DNA of 64,000 nucleotides from Perkinsus olseni (Eukaryota): NCBI GenBank assembly GCA_013115125.1, contig JABANN010000036.1, positions 1 to 64,000 of the forward strand, read 5' to 3'. Shown piece by piece: positions 26,189 to 37,743 of this stretch (position 1 is its first letter; each line of letters starts with the position of its first letter). The notes under the pieces were generated by a model. It saw only the letters and a program-made list of their open reading frames with translations, ran no database searches and was not told where the DNA came from. The position numbers and the translations under genes were made by a program.

Positions 26189-26925
26189 CTACGTCCATAG
26201 ATGTGGACACTCTGTAGGATCTACAATACCCCGTTCTCTACTACCAGCATAACTCAGCCGTCTAACATCACCTCTCGTAACGCATACCTCAAGACTAGCT
26301 ATCTCCATGGTTAACAAAACGCTATCGTACTTTCTTCTCAACTTCTTCTGATAAGCGATCTGCTCTATGCTGTTCACTATGGGCCTTATCTACTCATGTC
26401 GTGTTCTGCCACTTTTACATCCCCTACACCGCGCTGGTGCGTATGCTTCCAGGTTATCAGCCGCGCGGCCCTTAATGATCATGTGGCCGTCGTTGAGTGG
26501 CTCCTCTCTGTCGGGGCCGATCATACGTCCGTCACAGGTTAGGCAAGATGACGCTCTGCCTAGCAACATGCTCGGTCTCAGACCCCAAGTTCCTCGTGCT
26601 TGCGCTTCACTGCGGGGCCCAGCATACGGTAGGTCCCGCACACATTCCGCCTACGCCATGACCCTCCTTGTGCATCGGCAGGTCGATTTCCTACGGGGAT
26701 ACGCGGGTACGACTGGAGCGGGTCTTTGCCATCCGGCGGCTCCCATACCGATGGAAGGGGTGGCCTCCGACACTCCGATGTAGACGTTTGCAATCTCCAT
26801 CTCGCACGCCCTGTGTACTATGCTGAATTTCCTTCGTTGATGGCTGTTGTTGTTGTTGCGTACAAAGTACGACTAGTGCGCGGTCGCGCTGAGTCGAACG
26901 CGCGGCGTCCCCGCCGGGGACGCAT
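26189..26925 (-). CDS. Spliced hypothetical protein
   Basis: Exon-like segments RMIGPDREEPLNDGHMIIKGRAADNLEAY and NSIEQIAYQKKLRRKYDSVLLTMEIASLE separated by short GT-AG introns. Start uncertain. Confidence 0.35.
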
Positions 26926-27466
26926 CTGCACCGCCCGATGGAGTCTGACTCTGGTCCCTGATTACTGAGCTCATCGGGCTTGGCTCGACCTAAGATATTC
27001 TTAGACTCTGGCGATGAGCACGACGCCAGTTAAGCTAGCCTGCCGTGGTCTACATCGATTGTTTTGTGGCCCAAAAGCTTGCCCTTAGTGTACACACTCC
27101 GAAGAAGCAAGTTAGGTAAATGCCTGATGGACTGCCTGTAGCACACTACTAACGGACTCAGTGACGGTGCCGAGAGGCGGGATCCGAAAGTTTTGGTATC
27201 GGAACTAGCATCTCGATAGTGATCGTCATCGGGCCGTGTTTCGTAGAGTGATTCACATCGTTATCAGTTTCCATAACGCCACGTCCGTTCAATTTTCTAT
27301 GTCGACTGCATCGGTTGATCACGATCCTCTGTCGGTGAGTACAGCCCAATGTCGCGCAACAACATAACAGCAGCGCCGGCGACCGGCTTAGATCGCTAAG
27401 GCCGAAGCCAGACACTACCGCGACCTTCACGCAGCCAGCAGGAAGGAATGCGACCGCTTAAGGGGC

Positions 27467-28820
27467 ATGGGCGATGCTCTAGTGAGAAAGGTGGCCCGAG
27501 CGGAGCGGAGGCGCAGGGCAGCTGAGCAGTCAGTCACTCATTGGCCTCCGTACGTGGTTCGCACCCGGTGCGCTCTCATTAGGGATGCTTCCGTGATGGA
27601 GAAGCGGCTACGTCAACTCGAGCTGTCGCTGCAGGATCTCCGTGCCCGGGAGAAGGTGAAGGCCGTCCTTCGGTGACCGGTGGAGCTAGACTCCTGCTAG
27701 GTTACGTCCGAAAGACGTTTCACGCCCGCAAAGGCATCGGGGTTGGGCGGGCGTGAGGAAGGCCCTTCCCTACGAGAGGGGAACGATAAGACTATGCAGC
27801 AGCTGGCAGCACAAACCAGCAAGGCAGAGAAACTCGAACGCACCGCTAACGAACTAGCCAACGAGGTGCCTTCACTTCCGGTTTTCTCGCTCGCTTTCGT
27901 TATGGCTTCGAGGCGCATCCGAGGGATGCATCCCGCTGCGCGAGGGAATGCGAAGCATTGCAAGTGAGCGCTTGATGGTTGACTCAGAACGCCTCACTCC
28001 GCAGCCATCTTGATGTGCTCCGGTGTGATGCTGAACGATCTAAGGATCGTCTGAAGCGAAGTGCGCAGGAATTAGAGGCGCTGAAGGCAGATCGACGAGA
28101 AAAGACAGAAGTCATTTCGAAGTTGAGCCCCCAAGTGGAGGTGATTCGTTTCTATTTTGTCGTCCATCTCTCCATGATCATCACGGCGGCGTGTTCAGTC
28201 TCTGAGTGCTGTAAAGAAGGATTTGGAGGCCGCGATCGCCCGCTTGACCAGCGACAACGACGGTCTAGTGTGAGCCTCAGAACGTGGATAGAGCGGTCCG
28301 CGACTTTCCTCTCAGGCAGCTTGTGCAAGACTTGCAAGGTGAAGTCTCCTCGTTGAGGACTCTGTGCGACGAAGCGGACGGTAGAGTACCCGACTTAGAA
28401 CAACAAGTATGTTGCCGAATTCTGAGAATGGTTGAGAAGCATGGTGGCAGGCATCCGACTGGCAGCAAGAAGCACAAGAACTACGAGGCGCTCTCGCGCG
28501 GGTGCGAATCGCTTTCGATCAGTCGAGACGAGAGCGAGAGCACTGGAAGCAGCAGAGTGTGCAGGCAACCCAGCAGTTCTCGGACATTGACGAGCGAGTT
28601 GCCGAGTGTGCTGCCTGTGTTCGAGTGCGGGGTTACGTGATCCCTCAGACTCACCATCAGACTGAAGGCTCTTGAGCTTGAGAATGCCCAGCTTCGACGG
28701 CGCCGAGGAGACCCTGAGCCTTCCATTGTTGATAGTGCTGTTAATAAGATGCTCGTGGTAACCGAGCAGAACAGAGATGAGGAAGACCTGGTAGCGAGTG
28801 TTCGCAGCTCCTGCTTCTAA
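27467..28820 (+). CDS. Coiled-coil hypothetical protein, multi-exon
   Basis: E/K/R/L heptad-like exons (MEKRLRQLELSLQDLRAREK, RLKRSAQELEALKADRREK, RLKALELENAQLRRRR) separated by short introns. Start uncertain. Confidence 0.5.
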
Positions 28821-29095
28821 GATTGGTGGTGTTTTAGGAGTGGCAACAGCTGACTCAGCGAATGACGGCGATAGCTGCTAGCTCTTGAGTACGCACATGG
28901 CCCTCGGCATACACTGCTCAGTCTTTTTCCTGCTGTTACACTTCTTGGTTGAGTTGATTGTATCCCACCTAGTTGGTGTGTTAGTGAATTGGAGTGGGGC
29001 AGACTATCCAAATACACGCCCGACTGACTAGCAGTCAGTAGCTACAATGAAAAGTACATTTACAAAACATTACACATATTTTTTCAAGTTGTACT

Positions 29096-29131
29096 TGCCG
29101 TGGCCAGGGATCGAACCCGGGTCAACGGATC
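29096..29131 (-). pseudogene. Isolated 3' half of a tRNA (His-like acceptor end)
   Basis: Minus strand reads GATCCG TTGAC CCGGG TTCGATC CCTGG CCACGGC A: anticodon 3' strand, variable loop, T-arm with B-box and acceptor 3' strand. No GCCGTGG 5' half or D-arm lies next to it. Confidence 0.65.
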
Positions 29132-29312
29132 CCGAGATCTACACGTTCATGAATATTGCAGAACATGAATCGCTTCGCTCCGCTGCGTTCGATCGAGGAG
29201 AAAGATCGAGAACCTCACTGGTCCTATAAACCTTCTGGCGTCGCTCACGTACTGCGGCCCCGTGGAAGTGAACACTAGCGCGCTTTGAGGATTTTGTCGC
29301 TTTTCGTCTGCA

Positions 29313-29931
29313 ATGACTAGCAAGCCGCCGGCGTCCATCCCCGAGAAGGCTTCCACCCTGGCCACAGGCAAGGGAATCCCCGGCATCGACCCCAAGCTGC
29401 CCACTCATACTCCTCCCGCTTCGTATGATGTTCTCTCAAGCGGCAAGACCAGACCCGTGCAAGTGGCCAAGTGGCCTCCAATGCCCGGTGGAGTTCCCCT
29501 CCCAAAGGGAGGTGTCGGTGGTGTCTGGCGTGGAGCCTTCGAGGTCGCCTCGGCTTATACAGCCCTCAACCTCGAAAGGCAACGTTTCGCCAACATAATC
29601 AGGTACGCGAGTGAACAGCGATGCCTTCTTGCTGCTGCTGCGTCTTTATCAGGCTGGGTACTTTCTGCCGTGTGGTGCTCTGGCCGGTCATCCCCCTCGT
29701 CGGCCTCTTCCACTACATCCGCCAGCGCGATCGTGACTGGTACGCCTTGGAGCTGCTCAGGTCAAGATGCAAGAGCGAGGGTAGGGGTTTCTTCTCCCCG
29801 TTTCGTACTTCATTCTGTTTGTAACAGATTGTGCAGCCTTTTACGACTGGACCATGCCGGGAGCCTCTGGTCACTGGAGGATGCAGAACGATCTCGAGAT
29901 CATTCGTCGGGCTGCTAACGTCGAGGACTGA
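29313..29931 (+). CDS. Small protein with one predicted TM helix, three exons
   Basis: MTSKPPASIPEK...RQRFANII^RLGTFCRVVLWPVIPLVGLFHYIRQRDRDWYALELLRSRCKSE^DCAAFYDWTMPGASGHWRMQNDLEIIRRAANVED*; both introns splice cleanly in frame. Confidence 0.7.
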
Positions 29932-30246
29932 GTAGGTCTTCCAGCGTATCGTTGTCTTTCCCGACGGGCTTTTCTCAGGAACTACTTCGCACAAGCAGGA
30001 GGCGAGAGCCTCTACTAAGCACAGCGGCATATATAACATTCCGGCAAGGACGCTCTTTATAGTTGGGTATTTTTTTCATGAGGAAGTGATCAACTTGAGA
30101 GAGGTTTCAAGGGAATCTGTCCGAGTAACTGTCGAGTTCGTTACTGGCGTGAGCAGTGAACGACTTTCTCGTGCTTATTATTATTGAACGATTCTCCAAC
30201 CCTTGCTAGGCCTTGACTGGTAACGCTTCAGTTGTCGGTGTCTTTT

Positions 30247-31479
30247 ATGGCCTCCGTATGCGAAGAGTCTGTTAACAAACTATTTAGCGCGTAAGCCATG
30301 GCGGGGGCACTCTCATCTCGGTACTCCAGTCGCTGTGATACGCGAGACTGTATGGTAATAGGCAGATACAAGGCGTATATGCAGTCAGAAGCCGCTGATC
30401 TCGACCAGGAAGCTGCGGAAATCAGGTCTGGCCTTCGCGCCAAGAAACGAACACTCACTGTCAACAATGCGTAGGAAAGACAAGCGTAGCATGATCTTCG
30501 CATGGTTCGCTGCGGATCTCTCAGTGCTACTCGACGGCAGCAGCACCAGGCAAGGAGAAATGACCGAAGTGAGTGCCGCTGATTGTGGATTTACTCGCAA
30601 CAACCCTTCTTCCGTTGAGGTCCTCCACGTCGTGGCGAGCAGCATCATCCTCAGCGGTCAGCAAGTGTTGCGCCCAAGGTTGCGGTGCCGCCCCGAGCAG
30701 TGCTGAATCTGGACTATGCAACGCTGTGGAAGTACGGTGATGGAATGCTTCTACCGGAAATGGACATATTTCAACAATTCAGACAGCATGAACGAGCGTG
30801 GGAGAAGTTCTCTCTGTGTCCACCGGAGCGTCTGAAGTTCGAGGATATACCGTGGCCTCCCTGCGACTCCGACGTGCTCGAGTTCACAGAGAAGCGAAGT
30901 GCGTCGCTAAGGCGAATCTTGAGCAATCACTGTGGTCACTGCTCAGTCCTTTTGCGCAACCCTAGCGAAGACGTCTTCCTCGACCGAGAGTCGAAGGATA
31001 GAGCGTCGTACCGTGCGGCGTGTAGGCGGTGGCATCCCGATAAGTTTTCGCAAGTGTAGGTTGCGCTGTGTCTTGGAATTGTTGTTAGTATGGATTGTGG
31101 TAGTGGTAGATACGGTAGGAGCATTGCTGACCCGAGGGAGTCGCAGCAAATCATGCATAAGTTGACTATGATTATGCAAGCTGTCAATGAAAGCTGGAAA
31201 GATCGGACTGCCAGAAGTCACATAAGGAAGGTGAACATCCCTCTACGCTCAGCCGCACCGTCCTCCCTTTTCGACGCCCTTCGGGGTCAGAAATTACAAT
31301 GTGAATCTGGTTCACAAGCTGTTCGCCCCGCCTCTGTCAACTCAACAGGAGCGTGCTACAAAATTTTTCGGCTGAAGCGTAGACGTGTGTTCCTAGCGAG
31401 TATTGATCGCTGGAACTCCTGTGCGTCAGAGATGTTCCTTCCCGATGTTCTAATCATGTTGTTGCCAGGCTTGCGTTGA
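30247..31479 (+). CDS. NFKBIL1-like protein with a C-terminal J-like HPD region
   Basis: HERAWEKF...FEDIPWPP...YRAACRRWHPDKFSQ...IMQAVNE matches the IPWP / RWHPDKF pattern of the NFKBIL1 C-terminus. 3' end approximate. Confidence 0.65.
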
Positions 31480-31766
31480 GGAGGCTGCTCGTGTCTACCG
31501 TGGCAGCGCCCACCGAAGGTCTAGCTCCGGCTCATGAACGCTTATGAAGTACTCTGGTGTCCGCCATGACCATATCTGTTGCGTTGCATAGAGTTAGGGT
31601 CAGTACACTAGTACGCAGCTCTTGTATCAAAACACGTGCATGCGGAGGCAAAGCCGGTCAGTGGTACCACTAAAATCGGCAAAGTGAGCTGATAACCCCG
31701 CGTGGTTGAAGTCCTGCCGTGTTCTACCATGTTACGCTCGCGGAAGCCAAGGACGACGTACCAAAT

Positions 31767-32964
31767 TCACCTCAATTGAGGGTCCTCCACTAATGAACGC
31801 AAGATGAAATCATGTGAAGTTATATCGGGTGCTTCAGCATCGAATTGTACGACGGAGGCTCGCCTGGGCTGCTTCAGTGGAGGACAGTTCTCTTCGGGAG
31901 GGTCGGAGTCGTCGTAGAATGAGACGCCTGATGAAAGGAAAACAAAACGAAACACGCGGAGGAATCGCCCACCTTTGCGGCTCGACGGTCGGCGTTTCCG
32001 TCCTTTCCTGGATTTGGGAGATGAGTTGCCCAAACTGGATTGACAGTCGGAGGAAGCTGCCGACACCCGCCGGTTGATCTCTGTATTGAAGGCCCTGAGA
32101 AATGATCACATTGAGGGAACTCTTGAAGGGCTTGCTACTTACGTCGCAGACCGGCTATCGTTACTATCGGTATCTCCCTCCGTCGCCGCGCTGCTACTGA
32201 GGAACTGACTCCGTCTCAGCAAGGCTTGGGGCGTGAGACTTGAATAGTTTCCCAAAGATACGGTGGCAGTGTGTGAATCACCAAGATGAAGGACCGATTC
32301 GGGCTGAACGAGACAGCGTCCATGAGAACTACTCTTCATGCCGTCTCACATCCCATCGGACAGCCTCCCCGTATTCTAGCGTGAGCCATTCATCGTCGTC
32401 AATTGTTGGTCCTAGTCGAACCGGAACGGAGGTCTGAGACCTCAGGTCTCCTCAGGGCCGAGTTGCCTCGAACGAACAGGGTCGGAGTCCAGAAAGACAC
32501 TGCCGACGGCTGAGTCCGGGTCGTCCGTATTCCCCGATGGGCGCAGCAGCATGATGTAGACGTCGGCGCCGTTCTCGTGATTGAAGAGGGCGAGTCGGAG
32601 GTTGGCGTCCATCCCGCAGATGGGGATGCCCCCGGGCTCATCTGGGTCGCTCGAGGGTCTGTCGGAGCCTATCAGAACGTAGTGCCTGGAGTAAAGCAAG
32701 CGCTTCCAGCATGTGGACAACGGAGGAGCCTCACCCGAGGTCTCCAACACAATCAGTTTGGACAACCTCGCCCATCCACGAGATAGTGATAACCCGATCT
32801 TCAATCACACTACCCGGTCTAGCAGACCAGTAAGGCAGATGCGGGCGTGTGAGGGAGTATGGGGGACAATCCCATATCGTCAAAATAATATGGAGACTTT
32901 TACAAGCCATGGGCTCGTATGGGCCGATGTAACGGAATCCAAAATCGATTTCAAAAGCCGTCAT
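31767..32964 (-). pseudogene. Hypothetical gene, copy 1, frameshifted
   Basis: Exon YVLIGSDRPS...LALFNHENGADVYIMLLRP...GPEET stops because of a 14-nt insertion at 32436-32449 that copy 2 lacks. Confidence 0.6.
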
Positions 32965-34003
32965 ACGCGAGTCTTCGCACCGAGAATCCAGTACTACATC
33001 GAATGTTCAATAGACCTCTGCCGAGGTCCTAAATCGCCTTTAACATGACAAACTATCACGATAATACGTTTTTCACTTTCAATACCGAGGTTCAGGGGAG
33101 GTCCATCGTACACTCTGACCTATTCGGAAGTCCAGTGGCCACGGCCCACAAATATGTTGCACAAGGACCCCGCGCAGTATGATGATGATTCCGTGTTGGT
33201 TTCACCATGCATTGATAGCGCCGACGCTATCCACAATATACGATGTGGCTTCTCGCCACACGTCTATACCAGGCTAGGATAAGACGGCAATCCCTGGTGA
33301 TTTTTCCGCCAAGCACAACCTGATGATGTGAGAGAGCCTGGAAAGTCGCGGGCTCTTTGAAACTCGGAAAACTCCGTTACGAAGTAATTCGAAGACGCTT
33401 CGTTCCTCGAGACGCAGCTACAAGACTTTTCAGATGAGCCCTTTTATGGGGACGGTCCCTTGAGAAGGGGCAGATACACTGGATTCCAGTGTCTCTTCCA
33501 CTGGCTGGGTTCCAGTGTATGGAACATCATCAACATCATCCGGCAACTGTTATGATTGTCGGCGTTGGGCTTCGAAGGAACATTCCCTTATCAATTCCTC
33601 GATATTTTCCCTCGACTTAACTTGCAGACGCTAATACGACGCAGAACAAGTGAATACTCGAGCCGGGATTTGCACTTACTGCTACTCTACAACTTCAGGA
33701 ACGGGAGTAATCAATACTCGGTGAGGACAACCACTATGACAAGACGATTCAATCGGGCTTACTCGTAGGGAGTTAGCATGGCTCGAGCACATACGTGGCG
33801 AAAAGTTCTGAGACGGATGAACAACCAACAAAGGTAACCACCATGATGCGTATAATTGACACAAACAGCTGATGATCAAGAGAGCTAATACTCCCAAAGC
33901 TGCTGTGGTATGCTTTGAAAGCAATTCTCCACACCGCTGAAGCGTGCACCGTTGGACCGAGCGCGCTAGCTCAACTCGTAGCGTGCGTAGAAAAGGACGG
34001 ATT

Positions 34004-34955
34004 CAGAATCTGAGACCAGAATGCGAATGTCGTATCGAGGACAAGTGAGCCAGCAATCCTTTGAGAACCCCTTTTGTCAACACAGAACCGAATCGGCAAG
34101 GATTTCCAAGGCCTTACCTAGCACTTTCACAAATCCGGACTTCTCATACAAAGCGGTGGCAGGCAGGTTAACGGCGAGAACCGCTAAGTACACAGCGACT
34201 AGCTTTGGATAGCCTTCGCGAAGCTGGAAGGAAACGGGCGATAGACTAGCGATCAAGTAAAACCTCGATCACCGAGGTCGATCTTCGAAAACGATTGGAC
34301 TCACTTGCTTGAACGTCACCGACAATAAAGCTCCTCCTATCCCTTTCCCTCTTAGAGATGGGGCAACTTCGATCTGAAGATCCCGACGCTGGTCGACGAC
34401 TGTCAGGCAAAGCTTTCCAATCTACATAGTCTATGTGGCCGATGATCCCGTCCTTCATCTTCTTGCTCGGTTCTGGCCTGTAGAAGGGACGGCGCATCGG
34501 AAGGATTCGTGAGTTTTCTACTGCTAACTAACCGCAAAGCCTCACTCACATCTTTGCTTTGATTGCATCTTCTACCTCCTTCACGATGAAGTCCGCAGGG
34601 ACAGTCATCACGACCACGGCGACGACATTCTGATGGAAAGCGTGCGCAGTTTCGCCCCTTATGTGTATGTAGGACGGAGACCAGCTTGTTAGATGCTACT
34701 CAGAAAACGATCACACCTACTGATGTGAGCTGCCAGATGCACACATCTGCCCAGTTCACAAGCTAGTGGGGTTGGTCTCACCTTAGTTCCGCTATTGACT
34801 CCGACAAAGCAAGAATGCGGAGCGGCACACAGAGGGGACCAATCATGCTCCAAAAGCTTGAAGTTATCGCCAGCGTGGTATGCGCGATAGACTACTTCAG
34901 CTACTGGCCTGGAGACGAATAACAACCAAACCAAAGACTGGTTGGAGAACCTCAT
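34004..34955 (-). pseudogene. GNAT-family acetyltransferase with a hydrophobic leader, copy 1 (probably degraded)
   Basis: Leader MRFSNQSLVWLLFVSRPVA then EVVYRAY. C-terminal LVAVYLAVLAVNLPATALYEKSGF is GNAT motif B. The acetyl-CoA motif A is not intact. 3' end approximate. Confidence 0.6.
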
Positions 34956-36914
34956 TATCGACGAAACGGAAGCTGAATGTGGATTCGCATCAAGTACTCA
35001 GGAAGAGGCTTTGATACGTTCGCACTGTAACCCAGTGCACTGCAGCTACTCGAGTCAGGGATCAAAGAATAACGAAAGTGATCTCCTTTTCGACATAAGG
35101 GAAACACTTGTTGGATAACGCGACGAGGAATGCACGTGGCTTACATGGCGTGAATCACTGGGACGAACACGGATTTCCTGGATTTCCGGCCGCGCAATTG
35201 ATGTAAGAGGAGTTCATTGAGATTGATCCCCGAAAACGGTGGCCTTATTCCCGAAATCCCTAGACTCCCTATTCGAGGTCACCGCTAAGCTGACCTCGTC
35301 ACTCTACAATTTTATCTCCCTACTCCGACCCTACCGCTAAGCCGCTGTCTCGCTCGCTAATGTGATATCCTCGAGCGCTGGCATGACGGCCTCGCTCGCC
35401 CAGAGCGCTGGCATAAGGGCCTCAACCGAGGCCGAATAGACCTCTGCTACTGAATGGTACAAAATGCACCTACAGAACACTAAGCACTCTCTGAAGAGCA
35501 GATCCTCAGCAGCCCACACTGTGAAATGTATTCGCCGCTGACGTGTCCGTTGTGAGGGCCGTCCTGATTTGAACAGCGGATGTCTACTCCCCGACCGCAA
35601 CCGCAGAACGCTCATGTCGGTAACAGCAGCAGCGCTGCAAACCGCCATAGAATGATTGGCATATATGCAGAACGATAAGATCTCTGTTGCTTCTCCGCAG
35701 TTGCTCATAGCCAACACAAGACTGAAAGTGGATTTTTTCTAGCTCGTGCAAGTTCACCCGCTCGAGAAGAATATGCAGCTATGCATGCATACGCGAGACG
35801 ATCGGCGCATAATGACAAATTATTAACGAGTAACAGACTCAGCAGCTCATCCCGAATGTGTCGTGCATACGAATGTCGTGCATACGTGTGGATCAAGATA
35901 ACTCAAAGGTCAAAACAGTTGCAAGCACAGTAACTGGCATAGTGAGCAATAATATTCCTCAAAATAATTGCATGGGAAAGCAAAAGCGAAGATAAGAAAA
36001 TAAAAAAAACGCGGCCTCACCTTCTGCACTGGTGTGCCCGACAATGACTCCGTGGCAGACTCACGTTACAGGGGATGCTTGCCAGTCGGTCAAGGTCGGG
36101 CTTCGACGAGAGTCGGGTTTAGGGGGGCGGCGGTCAGTACTCTACTGGGTCTTGGTCAACTTTTTAAAACGCCTACCAGCTTTCATTTTCTTCCGTGGCC
36201 ATTCCACGCCACCCCTCCGCGACTTGTGCGAACGAAGTTTTGTCCATGACTATTCACCGACTTCCGTGATTATTCCCTTCCATCCGACGAGCAACGGCCG
36301 GAGCAAGTGCCCTAGGTAATCTATGTCCATGGGTCTATTAAATAATACTGATATAATATATAAAATAATTCGGCAACAACGTCCGGTCGCAGCCCGCTGC
36401 AGTGATTGGCCATCATTTCAAACACCGCAAGAGCTATCCCGGGGAACCACTACGTGTCAGTACTTAGATGGGGGCGGAGAACGGAAGATTGTTCCGGAAA
36501 GAACCGTCCCGAGCTACTCTATGAATCTATCGGTACTGCCACAGCCGACATGAAGGCCTCTATCGCAGTCTCGAAAGATAAGTATGCTTTTATTCGGCTC
36601 GCTCATGTGAGCTTCTAGCTGACACTACCGAATACCCATTCTGCTTAAGCTGCATCACCGACGAGCCTCACTTTGAGAGTACATCGAAACACAACTTGTC
36701 GGTTTGACATGGGGACAACAACAATTATCATGAGAACAGCCGAGGAGCAACTGGGCGAAAACACGGGATAAATTTACATCAAAAGGGCGAAGAGTGAGTG
36801 CAAGGAAACGACATTCATACGAGATTAAAGTCATCTGCATCGATTCATCTTCGAACATCTACCAACATGATCGAACGTCCATTCTCGAGTGGTATCAGAC
36901 GGACGCATGAATCA

Positions 36915-37743
36915 TCAGTCCTCGTATTTCATTGAACCACCCATTAACCAATGGAAGACATTGAGGATGTTGACTTCACGCAAAAGATTGTTCGTTGAGG
37001 AGTTATATCGGACCGGCGAGGTATCAGGGATGCTATTGCAACGAGTAGGGGAGACGTAGTTGCTGTAAAATGCGAGGTGCGTGTCATACGTTTCGGTGTA
37101 GTCTTCCCTCCACAAGCGGTAAACGGTCTCGGGCACTGGACAGCAAATCGTACTGTACGATTCGTACAGCCTGGTCGCGTTCAGCTTGGGATTGATCGGA
37201 CTAATGAAAACATCAAGATTTGAGGAGCGGGGTTCTGTAGGTGTGTTAGGAAGCGCGTAGGGCATCACCCGCAGAACGGGAGCACTGTCGGAAGAACATT
37301 GTAGTCAAAATTACAGCCAAAACGGCAGTAGAGTCCGGCCAGTTTCGCGTTTTTTCACACTATCCAGAATTATTAGCTACTTTTCGTCGTCTTCTCCGAC
37401 AGCCGAGGCAGCTGCCGGTCAGAGAGGGCGATCGTCCCGGCTGGGAGAGTGGGCTCGGCTAAATTTTTAAACATGATCCACTTGGGTTACTGTTTGCAAA
37501 ACGGGAGGACAGAGAATGAGCCGAGGCCCAAGAGATGATGACCGAGGTACGAGGATATCGAACTCCGCCTATCGGGATCCGGCAAAAATCTAGCGCACCT
37601 GCATCCTTCTCATGTGGTCGTAGAAACTTAGGGGTTTCCTGCTTGAAACGCCAGCGTTCCCCTCGGATAGCAGCTTCATACGCCGAGGAGACTAATGACG
37701 CGGTGAGTATGAGAAAACGCGGCGTGACAATCTGTTGGGCCAT
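36915..37743 (-). pseudogene. Putative secreted-protein family member (degraded)
   Basis: Leader MAQQIVTPRFLILTASLVSSAYEAA. Downstream PKLNATRLY...ETVY..WRE.YT.TY...LA.YSN is shared with the ORF at 47374-47589. Confidence 0.45.

Noticed and set aside
28900-29320. Permuted or intron-containing intact tRNA
   Set aside because: No GCCGTGG 5' acceptor strand with a D-arm on the same strand nearby, upstream or downstream.
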